From contig CBFFRQ010000091.1 of the NCBI GenBank assembly GCA_965644315.1, positions 79,793-143,792 on the forward strand: DNA of 64,000 nucleotides. The letters are read 5' to 3'. Source of the DNA: Caecitellus pseudoparvulus. Taxonomy: Eukaryota; Protista; Bigyra: Bicosoecida. The notes under the pieces were generated by a model. It saw nothing but the letters and a program-made list of their open reading frames with translations, searched no databases and had not been told where the DNA came from. Positions 24,479 through 34,897 of this stretch are shown here, in pieces. How positions within the stretch are numbered: position 1 is the stretch's first letter; every line of letters begins with the position of its first letter. The position numbers were made by a program, and so were the translations under genes.

Positions 24479-27400
24479 ATGGCAGCAGCCAGCGAAGGAA
24501 CCCCTGTGCCAGGCGCTGCGGGCAGTCAGGGAGAGGGGCCTGGCTTACCGGGAAGGCAGCGGGCTGACACAGCCATGAGTGGTGCTGCTGATGGCGCCCC
24601 TGTGGCGAAGGGCCGCTCCAAGCGATGGGGGATGGAGGTGAGCGTGGCGTGTTGGGTGGTGCAGTGCCTCTGCAGCCTGCACAGCGCCTGCCTGCCACTC
24701 GTGCAGGACTACGTGGCCAACCCCCAGGCCAAGCTGCAGGACCTCCCTGCACACTTCCATGATGCCGACTTTGACCCTGTTCGATGGGTGCTTGTGAGTT
24801 CGCCTGAGGGCCAGCAGCGTCAACCGGCTGGGCACACTGCCGCTTGTGGTGCTGGCGCCTGCGCAGGAGACCATGCCGCTGGACCTGGGCGAGTTCGCGC
24901 AGTTTGCCATGGAGCAGCAGACGTCCAAGGATGAAGCCCGTGACGCAGTGCTGTCCCAGCTCTCCCGTGCCGTGCTGGGCAACTACACCGCCTTCATCGA
25001 TGGCATGCGGCAAATCCACGAGGTGGACATGGACGTCAGCCGGGCCATGGTTCACGTGTCCAACGCCCTGCGGCAGCTGCGCGGCGGCAAGGCTGCCCTG
25101 GCCACGCACTCCCTGCGCATCACAGCCCAGCAGCGCCACTTGGTGCGGGCCAAGGGCGTCCTCACCCGCCTGCGCTGGATGCGGTCGGTGCTGCAGGCAG
25201 GCTCCCACATGAAGGCGGCAGTGGCACAGGGGCACTTCCAGGAGGCAGTGCGCGTGGCTGCCACGGCTGCCGCCCACCTGGAAGAGGCAACTGCCAGCAA
25301 GTTCGTCGCGCTGGAGCACGCACGCTCACAGGCCGCGGCGGCTCTGCCGGGGGTTAGGGATGCCATGGATGCCGCCCTGGGCACCCTGGTGCAGCAGTGG
25401 GTGATGCTGGATCCCACCCCTGCCACAACACAGGTGCTGCCACGGGTGGCGCACTGGTTGGACAGCCTGGCAGCTGGCGCCACAGGCAGCTCTCTGTTGC
25501 TGGGCCAGCGGGAGGCATCGCCCGCCTCCGCTGCCGCTTCCAACTCGGGTGGCAGCGAGGGGGCAGAGGCGCCGGCGGCTCCAGGGGGCTTTTGGGAGTC
25601 CTTGCCCCCACTACTGCGCCTGCCAGAGTCATTCCCCTCCCTGCTGAATGCGTACATGCAGCTGGACGAAGCGGGGGTGGATGTGCGGGTGCCAGCAGTG
25701 CACTCTGCTGCGCCCGCTGGCGGCCTCGCCTTCGGGGGAGGGGAGGGGGATGCTGGTGGCGACGAGGCAGATGCCCTGCTGGGGGAAGTGACGCCTGGCA
25801 GCCACTTGGAGGTGCTGCCGCTGCGCCTGCACGCCTGCCTGCGCCTGGCCCTGCGGAAGGCAGCCAAGGGTGTGTTGGTGGACTTGCTCTTGCGGAGCTG
25901 TGGAGCCCGGCGCCTGGCAGTGGCGGCCATGCGTGCCCGGGCCAGCCTGGCAGGGGACACGTCTGAAGCCAGCGCTGCCTTGCGCCGCGCCATCGAGGAC
26001 GCCCTGTCTGCCTACTCTGCGGAGCACGGGCGGCTGTGGGGCTGCCGCATGCGGGATGTAGCGCGGGAGGTGGGGGAGGCACTCGCCGAGAAGAGCCGTG
26101 AGTCTGCCGCCAGTGCGCAGGCAACCAGTGCGCAGTCCTGGGCCCCGCCTGCCTCACACACCGGGCAGGGGCTGTGGGCTGCCCAGCTGCAGGTCCTGGC
26201 CAGTGCAGCGGCAGCAGCGGGGCAGGAGCTGCCGGCGCAGGATGGCGACGTGCCGTGCCCACCGGGAGCCTGGGAGTTTGAAGGCAAGGGGGCAGTGGCG
26301 GGGGGGTACATGCTCACGTACGCCATGGGGCGCCTGGCAGCGGCTGTGTCGTCCACCCTGCACTGCCACCTGCTGCTGCTGGCCCTGCTGGGGGGGCACG
26401 GCGACCCGCGCCTGGACTCCTGGGAGTTTCTGCACCGAGACCTCCGAGCGCCAGACCAGGTTAAAAGCCCAGCGAGCGAAGCGCAGGGGCGCATCCGGGC
26501 CCTGGTGCCTGCCGTGGCTGCCAGTGCACCCACCTTGTGGGCGTCTGCACAACACGCACTGGGGGGCGCGCTGGTGGCCATGGTGGCGGGCAGTGGGGAC
26601 GCCCTGCCGCCGTCCGCCCTCACACAGTGCCTGGCAGTGGGTCTGGACGTGCAACGCATGGGCGTGGAGTACCTGCAGGCTGCGGAACGGGCAGGTGGCG
26701 GGGAGGGGGGCAGCGACACCCCCCCTCTGCACAGCACAGTGTCCCCCCAGCAACTCGTGCAGCACTGCGCGCCGCTGCGTGCTGCCCTGCGCCTGGCTTG
26801 CAGCACGTTGCTGGACGCGACGCACGCCGCCACGCTTCAGAAGCTGCGCGGGCTGCTGGGCAAGGAACTGTGGACGCCGCAGCCCTTGCCGGTGACGTCA
26901 GTGGCGGCTCTCCTGCAGCGCGTGACGCACAGCCGCCCCCTGTGGTGGGCCTGGCGCCCCGCGTGGACTGCCCGGCTGCCCTTCCTGCCCAGCGCAGCGG
27001 ACGGCGTGCCACCGTGGCTGGCGACTGCCTCCAGCCCTGGACGCCGGGGGACGGCGGCGCCGGGCTCTGGGCGTGCCTGGCGGGGTCTCACCCGCACGCC
27101 GCCATGGCTGGGGTCGCCCCTGGAGGCCATCGACACGGCTGCCCTCGTCACTGCCCCTGCTGCCGCGTCGTCTGCACAGGAGCGCACGCTTGGGTGGGGG
27201 TACACTGCCCGTCTGTGGCTGGGCAACGCCACTGGGAGCCGCAGCACCCCGCCCGCGGCACCCTGGGTGAAGGCTCTGGTGCACGCCAATGGCTTGCTGG
27301 CGGCGAAGGACGTGCCAGCGCGCCTGCACCACCCCATCATCGCGGCGTCGGTGGCGGCTGTCGCCGACGTGGGGGACGGCGTGCTGCTGGGGAAGGAGGC

Positions 27401-30173
27401 GGAGGACCGCGTGACGGCGGCGCTGTGCCTCGTGACGAAGCCCGGCGCCACCCCGCCCGAGGAAGCGTCAGACCTCCTCTGCCTGGCCAGGGCAGAAGTG
27501 CTGGGGTACCGTGCCGGGTGGCAGGGCAGCCACACGTGGGCATCCACGTACCGTGCCGCAGGTGAGCCCACCGCTCCGCAGCGGGGTGTGCCTACGCCAG
27601 CGCTGGTGGGCGGCAACCCCTTTGGTCGGGTGTGTGATGGCGCCCTGCCCACGCCAGAGCAAGTGCAGCGCCATGTGTCTGCGCTGCAACGCATCGCGAC
27701 CAGCTCCGCCAAGTTGTCACGTGTGGCTGACTCGGTGACTCTGGCGCCGGAGGGTGAGGCGACCCCGGCGAGTGCTTTGGACGCTCTGGTGCTGCATGTC
27801 GTGCCGGCCCTGTGCTGGGCCCGTGACGACGTGTACGTGCACGGCACGCCGCTGTTGCCCGTGCCCACCACGTCGGCGCCTGAGGAGGGTGAGGAGGAGC
27901 AGGAGGGTGACGCCGAGGCGACTGCGCTGCTGGACGGCGACGAGGAGGCCAGCGACGGAGAGGGCAGCGTGGCGGACGGCGGAGGGGAGGCCGGCGCAGC
28001 GGCTGGCATGGACCTGTCCAGCACAGGCACAGTGGTGCAGCAGGCCATCGGGGAGCTGGTGGCGGGCGTGCTGCCCGAGGGAGGCCTGACGCTGGGCGTG
28101 GAGTACCTGCTGCCTGGTGTGGTGCTGACGTCCGCCGGCCTGAAGGGGCTCCTGCACGGCGTGAGCCGGTACGTGAGGCTGCTGCAGTGCTGCCCGGCGC
28201 AGGCGGTGGAAGTGTGGGAGGGCCTGGCAGGCCTGGTGGACCTGTACATGCACGCCGCCGCCAGCGTGGCGCTGCCCCTGCCCGCCCAGCAGGCCGTGGT
28301 GGGGGGGCAGGGGCGCCGCATGGCTGCTGTCGCAGCGGGCGTCACCTCCCCCACGCCCAAGGCCCTGACTGCCGCGGACATCCCCCCCGCAGCGCTGGAG
28401 GACGACGGGCAGAAGGGCTTCCCCTACCTGGACAGCAACTCTGTGCCCATGGTGGTGGTGACGGGCACGGCTGCGCTGGGCGCTCTGCACCTGGCTGCTG
28501 CCGGGACGGGCCATGCCTCCATGGCCACCCTGGCGACGCACGCCGCCAGCATCCTGCACGCCGCCAAGCGCGACCCATGGAACCTGCCATTCCTCACCCT
28601 GCGCTCCTTCCTGCTGCATGCCGGCGCGCGGTTGAGCGCACTGCCCTTCTTCGAGTCGGCGCGAGGCAGCGGCAGCGGCAGCGGTGGGGGAGACACCGGC
28701 ACCGTCGGCTCCGGCACCAGTCGCACCAGTGGCCGCACGTCGGCGTCAGGGCGAGGCGGTCCCCGTACGCCCCAGGCGGCGCGCGGGAAGGCCCGCGCCG
28801 GCGAGCTCGCCACGCCCTTCCACAGCCCCAGCGTCGTGCGGCAGGGGCGGGGGGGTGGGCAGGCCGGCGCGTGGCTGCACTTTCACCAGACGGACGCCGC
28901 GGCGCCTGCCGCCCTCATGCACTTCAACGAGGCCGCCGACCTGGGCCCCGAGATGGACAGCGAGACGTGGGGGGTGAGCCCCCTGCCCCCTGCCCCAGGG
29001 CCGGAGGGCCTGCCTCCCCTGGAGTGCACGGGCGTTGCCCCGCGCACCGTGGCTGCCCAGTCAACTCTGCTGCTGCCCCTGCTGCTGGCTGCCGTGCGCC
29101 CCTGGTTGCAGGGGGTGCTGCCCCCCGCCGGCCTGGGCACCCTGCGCTCCTGGTACGCCACCCTGGCCACCACCGTCGTGCAGCTGCGCGCAGTGGCCAG
29201 CAACGCCCTCGTGCCTCGCCTGGTGCCGGAGGTGGGCACCCTGCCCCAGGCGCTGGCGGCACAGGACTGGGCAGGCATGCGGGACATCTCCAGCTCTGGC
29301 GCCAGTGACTATGTCCAGCGCGTGCAGGGCGTGCTGGGGCGCGCTGGGCGCGTGCTGGGCACCCTGCGCAACCGTGGCGCCCTGCCCCCCCTGGGGCACC
29401 TGGACCTGTGGACGGCGGTGGGGGGGCGCCTGTTCACAGCGGCAGCCCAGGGTGTCGCCGGCGTGCCACGGGCGTCCCTGGAGGGGCGTGGCGTCATGGC
29501 CATGGACATGAATGCGCTGGCTGTGGCCACGGCGAAGCATGGCCCCACCCTGCCCGCCCTGGTGGCTGTGGCGCCGGCGCCGTCGACTCACTCGGGCGTG
29601 GCAGCCGTGGCGGGGCACGGCCGCCCCCTGCCGGACAAGGCCTGGGTGGACGCCTTCATCAAGGCGTTCTACTTCGAGGACCTGTCCACAGATGCGCTGG
29701 CTTGGCTGGAGGCGTCGGCCTGCGTGTCAGGCGCTGAGCAGCGGGAGGCCAGCATCGTGCCGCTGGCGGCATGGGGTCAGCTGCTGCCCCACGTCCTGGC
29801 GCCGGGAGGCACCCTGCCCAGCGGCGGCGACCCGCTGCTGGTGTCTGCGCAGGCCGTGGGCAAGCCGCCTGCCCTCAGCCTCACCAGCAGCCACAGCAGT
29901 GGTGCCCGGGGGACGGGGGCGGGCGTGTTCCGAGCACACTACCCCCGCAGCGTCGGCGGTGGGCTGCTGCTGCACGGGCCCGGCGCTGCCGAGCGTGGCA
30001 GTATGCTGGGGCGGGGCAACTCCGCCCGGGCCAAGGCCGTCAAGGCACACATGGCCACGCTGCTGCACTGGCACGCTGCTGCCGCTGCGCTGGATCTGAA
30101 CGTGCTGCTGTCCCTGGAACAGGAGGCGTCAGGCGCCTTCCTGGGCGTGGAGGGCGGCGGCGGCGCGCTGTGA
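24479..30173 (+). CDS. VPS50: Syndetin / VPS50 (EARP complex subunit), expanded by low-complexity inserts
   Basis: N-terminal Vps54_N-like helices (VLSQLSRAVLGNYTAFIDGMRQIHEVDMDV). C-terminal SLEGRGVMAMDM...PLPDKAWVDAFIKAFY matches syndetin EGRALMQLD...PIPDKEFVETYIKAYY. Short 5' exons from ATG 24479. Confidence 0.82.
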
Positions 30174-30180
30174 ATGCATT
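30173..30180. terminator. Palindromic AATGCATT, candidate bidirectional 3'-end/poly(A) signal
   Basis: Overlaps the VPS50 stop, in a 24-nt gap between convergent stops. Confidence 0.45.
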
Positions 30181-30197
30181 GTGCAGCTTTTGCTGCG

Positions 30198-31502
30198 TCA
30201 CGTGCGCCGCTTCTTGGGCTGGGAGGGGCCCGTGCCGGCAGATGGCGGCCCGCTGGCGGGCGCCGGCGGCAGGAGGTGCCCTGCGCTGGACAGTGCCTCC
30301 ACTGCCGTGCGTTCATCCTGGGCCATGGCCAGGCCATGGCTGCCTTGCGTGAACGTGCTGAACATGTGGTCCAGGCTGGTCATGCGGGGGACGCCGGCCA
30401 GGTGCCCACCAGCGCCACCGGTCGGCACTGGCGGGGCAACGGTCGTGTCCCCGCCCCCCGTGGTGCCGTCCGGAGCAAAGCTGAACTGCAAGTCGGAGCT
30501 GCGGATGCGCTTGATGCCGGCTGCGGCTCCGGAGCCGCCAGCGGGGCTGGGGCGTGCAGCTGCCGGCACACCGGCTGGGTTGCTGGCAGTGGTGAGGGGC
30601 AGCCCAGTGGCGGTGTGGGAGGCAGGTGCCGACACGCCTGGCAGGGGCATGTGGGCCGTGGCCATGCCTGCGTGCTGCATGGCCAGCTGGTGGCTGCGTC
30701 CCTGCTGCTGTGCCTGCAGGGGCGACCAGCCCCGCCCCGCCATGCCCATGTTGCGACCGGCCGGGCTCGTTGCCATGCTGCGCAGCACCGACTCCATGCG
30801 GGCCATGCGGGTTTCCTGGCTGTGCAGGAGGGACCGCAGGCTCTCTGTGGAGGAAGCCAGGTTGGCAATCTGCCCGGACATGCCCTGCAGCATTTCCAGC
30901 ACTGCAGCCGGGACGGCGCCGTCTGCCTCGTGACGGTTGGAGCGGGGGCGCGACACGAAGCGCTCGCCAGTGCGGCGCTTGGACATGACGACGATGGCGC
31001 GGGAGAAGATGCCACCCGTGGCGTGCTTGCCCAGCGCCTTCAGCGCGGCGGCATCCTCAGCAGGCATGCTGTCCACGTCGGGTTGCACATGCAGCTTGAA
31101 GCGCTGCCCGTCTTTGCGGCGGGACACTTTCTCCAGGCGAAAGTTAATGGTGACATTGGGCTCATCATCTGTCAGCTGGTACCGCTCGAATTTGTTCTTG
31201 AGCAGGTTCAGAATGCTCTGGTCGGCGTCCCCGACGCGCTGCTCCGATTCAAAGTACAAGTCGATTTTCAGGGGCACAGGGCAGGGCAGGGCAGGCGCAG
31301 CCAGTCCAATGGTGCAGCTGAGGTGGTTGGCCTTGCCACCCTCGTCCTTGTAGAACTCTGCTGACGGCTCGACGAGCACTTGCAGGAGGCTTTTTGCCTT
31401 GCGAGTGGAGGCGGCCATTTTGGCAGACCCTGTGTACGGGATGGGCACCGTGTTCAGGGGCAGGGGGGCCGAGACTTGCGCCACTGGGGCGAGGGTGACC
31501 AT
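30198..31502 (-). CDS. Putative transcription factor: Ig-like beta-sandwich domain + coiled coil + low-complexity tail
   Basis: Intact ORF. Beta-rich N-domain (FYKDEGGKAN...INFRLEKVSRRKDGQRFKLHV...FSRAIVVMSKRRT), heptad segment (MLQGMSGQIANL...MESVL), C-terminal NLS-like PKKRRT. Confidence 0.55.
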   Translation of the reverse strand: MVTLAPVAQVSAPLPLNTVPIPYTGSAKMAASTRKAKSLLQVLVEPSAEFYKDEGGKANHLSCTIGLAAPALPCPVPLKIDLYFESEQRVGDADQSILNLLKNKFERYQLTDDEPNVTINFRLEKVSRRKDGQRFKLHVQPDVDSMPAEDAAALKALGKHATGGIFSRAIVVMSKRRTGERFVSRPRSNRHEADGAVPAAVLEMLQGMSGQIANLASSTESLRSLLHSQETRMARMESVLRSMATSPAGRNMGMAGRGWSPLQAQQQGRSHQLAMQHAGMATAHMPLPGVSAPASHTATGLPLTTASNPAGVPAAARPSPAGGSGAAAGIKRIRSSDLQFSFAPDGTTGGGDTTVAPPVPTGGAGGHLAGVPRMTSLDHMFSTFTQGSHGLAMAQDERTAVEALSSAGHLLPPAPASGPPSAGTGPSQPKKRRT

Positions 31503-31944
31503 GTTTTCACGGTCCACAACACAACAATCACGCCACAGCACACGCGCGCTGCGTGGCAAGCTCAGCTACGTCAGCGCTTGATGGGAGAAACGTCACGGCG
31601 GAAGCAGGGAAACACCCTGGCTTTCACGGCACGTTCCAGGAAAGGCACACCGATGGAGGTGTGTTTCTGGGCACAATGGGGGGCATTCTGCGCACTCACG
31701 CAGTTGTAGATTGGCGAGGGAGGCGTTTGGTGCTCGAAGAATCGGAGCGGGCGGGTGGTGCGCCGCCTGGCGTCGGCTGGCTTGCCTGGTACAACGGGCC
31801 GCGGCAGGGGTGTGCGGGGGGGCTGCGTGCGTGAGCTTTGCAGGCGAAAAGTCAGGGAGCCTTCTCAACATCAACCGAGCGGAGAGGTGACTGGGTTTTG
31901 CGTCGCCGCAGCAGCTCTCCTGCTCGCTGCAGCCCCCCACCGCC

Positions 31945-32425
31945 ATGGCAAGCACGGCAACCTCCCCTGCTGCACCCCTGGTCACGGTGCAGTTGCTCCC
32001 TGGCCATGCTCCATCGAGCACTGTGCAAGTCGGCCCCGACCAGGCCCCCGCGAAGGCAGAGGAGGTGGATGCGGGGGACTTCTCGCACGGCTACACGGGT
32101 GTGCACGACCATGGGGCGTTACCAGCTCCCGCTGTGAATGCGTACACTGCCGTCCTGCGGGCCATGGAGGTGGGTGCCGGGCGGTTGGGCTGCACGCGTG
32201 GCCAGGGCGATCGCACTGCCTGCCTCAACCCTTCCCAACTGCAGGTTGCAAAGGACCAGACAGATGCTGCGCTGAAGGCGCTGGATGCCCAGGAGAAAGC
32301 GCAGGATGCCACACAACCGCCGGCCGGCAAGGTGAGGGTGCAAAATCCGCAGCCCGTCACCAACGGTGGGCCTCACACTGCCCCTCCTCATGCCTGCAAA
32401 CCTCCAGAGAACCAAAGCGAGCTGA
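31945..32425 (+). CDS. Small 109-aa protein, GON7 (KEOPS subunit)-like; exons 31945..32169, 32245..32331, 32408..32425
   Basis: Two clean phase-0 GT-AG introns give ...AYTAVLRAME|VAKDQTDAALKALDAQEK...PPAGK|RTKAS*. The family call is by remembered pattern only. Confidence 0.45.
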
Positions 32426-32442
32426 CATATGTGTATTATCAT

Positions 32443-33924
32443 CTACATACTGCGCCGAATGCGCCGCGCCTTCGCCCGGAGGGTCCGCAAGAAGGGGGGC
32501 GCTGGAGGGCGCCGTTTGGTGCCGCGGCGGCCAGACGTCTCTGGCGCAGGGGCGCCTGGCCCAGAGGGCACGCTTGTGTCTGGAGCTGGGGGCGGGTGCT
32601 GGGAGACCACTTGCTGATCTGAGGCTGGTGGTGGTTGCCAGGAGGCGGGGGGCAGCTTTGCAGTCCAGCCTGCGTGGGCCAAGGCACTCGCGGCCGCCTC
32701 CTGCACTTGTACCAAGGCACCGGCGCACGCTGTGACACTTTCCGAAAGGTACGCGCCTGAGGGCCCACCACTCGCTTGCAGGCACCGCTTCCACGCCTCG
32801 CACCAAGAATGCAGCACACGCAAGTCCGCTGCCGCGTCAGCAAGGCTGGCTAGGTACACCTCAGCACCCTCCGGGACAGCCGCCGTGCCGGTCACTGCGC
32901 TGGCCTCCTCGTCACTCTCCCAGCCCTCATCGTCGCTGTCCTCCGCTGCACCCTCACCAGCACGCCTCTGGCTTGCTGTGTCACCCGGTGGTGCTCCGGG
33001 GCTTGCACGGGGCGCCTTGCAGCCGGCGGCTGTGAGGGCGGAGGTCACCTGTGGCGGCAGCACGCCCCAAGGCAGTTGGAACAGCCCCTCCAGGGCGCCT
33101 CTCGCGGCAGCCACAGCGCTGCGACAGGTGTCAAGGCTTGGCACGCCCCCCTGCAAGGCTTCCCCAGCACACTGCTTTGCAGCTTCGGCAGCTGGGGCAT
33201 GGGGTGCACCGAGTGTGCTACTTCGCTCACGAGTTGGCTCCTCATCCTGGCGCGGCTCTTGCGCCTGTGCAAAGTACTGCTGGAGCTGCCCCCGAGCTGA
33301 AAAAAGGTGGTCGCGGACTGAGATGGGGGTGGAGGGTTGCTGCCCTGCAGCGATGCCAGCCTGCACCAGGTCTGTCATGTGCACCCGCAGCGCAGCGAGG
33401 TGCTCAGGTTGCACCACCAGTCCCGCTGGCGCAGCAGCACTGGCGATCAGCGCAGCTGTCAGCTGTGGCAGGTGCTTCGCAGCCCACCCGGCAACGTCGG
33501 GTGCTGGGATGGGACGCAGCATGCGCTTGGCCAGGCACGCCGCGGAAGCTGCTTGGGCCAGGGCAGCCATCGCCTTGCGACGGTGCAGGGCACTGTTGCC
33601 TGCACCGTGCAGGGCAGACAGCTTGGCGGCGCTTGCGTCAAGCGCTTTCAGGCAAGTGCGCAGGGCCAGGCGCAGGCCACGGGGCTGGCCTCGAATTGTT
33701 TGCTCCAGCAGCTCCGCAAGCCCAGTCCACACTGCTGCCTGGGTATCGGGGTGCGCGTCTATGATGCGCTCTAGCAGTGACTGTGCCCGCTCATTCCAAG
33801 GCGCTGCGCTGTCTGCTGCTTGGGGAGGACTTTGCATGCTGCGGAGCAAAAGCCGCACGTGCCTTCCAACAAGCACTCGTTCGAAGCCGGGGAGCAGTCG
33901 GCGCACTTTCCAACCAACATCCAT
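32443..33924 (-). CDS. Hypothetical alpha-helical protein (start and splicing uncertain)
   Basis: 493-codon ORF with Ala/Leu-rich helical composition, an acidic patch (EDSDDEGWESDEE) and a basic C-terminus; stops 17 nt from the convergent neighbour. Confidence 0.5.
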   Translation of the reverse strand: MDVGWKVRRLLPGFERVLVGRHVRLLLRSMQSPPQAADSAAPWNERAQSLLERIIDAHPDTQAAVWTGLAELLEQTIRGQPRGLRLALRTCLKALDASAAKLSALHGAGNSALHRRKAMAALAQAASAACLAKRMLRPIPAPDVAGWAAKHLPQLTAALIASAAAPAGLVVQPEHLAALRVHMTDLVQAGIAAGQQPSTPISVRDHLFSARGQLQQYFAQAQEPRQDEEPTRERSSTLGAPHAPAAEAAKQCAGEALQGGVPSLDTCRSAVAAARGALEGLFQLPWGVLPPQVTSALTAAGCKAPRASPGAPPGDTASQRRAGEGAAEDSDDEGWESDEEASAVTGTAAVPEGAEVYLASLADAAADLRVLHSWCEAWKRCLQASGGPSGAYLSESVTACAGALVQVQEAAASALAHAGWTAKLPPASWQPPPASDQQVVSQHPPPAPDTSVPSGPGAPAPETSGRRGTKRRPPAPPFLRTLRAKARRIRRSM

Positions 33925-34202
33925 GCACCTTCTGCACAGACAATAGTCCGCATGCGACAGTCGTGAGAAGTTTTATTGCCTGCCCACGCCTGCTTTGCTT
34001 TCTGTGCTGCAAGGCTGAGCATCACTTGCTCAAACGCGGGCGCGCTCAGCGCAACCCCTCCCTGCTGTGTGCCACGGCACCAACATAGCAAGGTGAGCTG
34101 CTAATATTCCCTTGTGATTCCTCTTTTCCCTGCTGCACTGCAGCTCACCTCCTCCCTGCAGCTGCTGAGCAGGAGAGCTTCGAGTAGTAGCCTCGCTGAA
34201 GC

Positions 34203-34848
34203 ATGGCTTCTGGCGACGAGGAGGGCTCGGCGAGTCCCGTCGCAGCGGCAGCAGGTGCAAGCGGCGGCACAGCACGCGCCGAAGCACCCTCTATTGATGA
34301 TGCTCCAGGTATGGCATCGCGGGCAGCCCTCATCCGCTTGAGGCAGGACTTGCGAGGGATGCTGGTAAGGTCCCGCGTTTCACGGCGAAACGCCACTCTT
34401 CCACCCGCCACAATTGCCGCCACCGCTGCTGTGCGCGCAGGAAGACCCGCCAGCCGGTGTCAGTGCTGGGCCACTCGTGGAGAGCAACCTCTTTCAATGG
34501 CAGGCCACCATTGTGGGCCCTGATGAGACGCCGTGGGAGGGAGGCATGTTTCGCCTGCGCCTGACCTTCCCAGACGAATACCCCATGAAGCCGCCCAAAG
34601 CACGCTTCACATGCGACATGTGGCACCCCAACGTGTACCCTGACGGGACGCTGTGCCTGGACATCCTGCAGGAGAACTGGAAGCCAGTGTACTCCGTGGG
34701 CACCATCCTGTCCTCCATCCAGTCCCTGCTGGAAGACCCCAACACCGACAGCCCTGCCAACGTCGAGTGCTCGGACATGTACCTGAAGAACAAAAAGGAG
34801 TACAAGCGCCGTGTGCGCAGGTGTGCCGCCCGCACGCTGGACGACTAA
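34203..34848 (+). CDS. UBC2: Ubiquitin-conjugating enzyme E2, RAD6/UBE2A-like (intron 34365..34440)
   Basis: RLRQDLRGML|EDPPAGVSA, WQATIVGPDETPWEGG, FPDEYPMKPP, HPNVYPDGTLCLDIL (catalytic Cys), SIQSLLEDPNTDSPAN, EYKRRV. Confidence 0.88.
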
Positions 34849-34883
34849 GCAGCGCCCACGCCTGCGCTGTGGGTGGGGGAAGT

Positions 34884-34893
34884 CAATGCATTG
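34884..34893. terminator. Palindromic CAATGCATTG, candidate bidirectional poly(A) signal
   Basis: In the 49-nt gap between the convergent E2 and CCT8 stops. Confidence 0.45.
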
Positions 34894-34897
34894 CACT

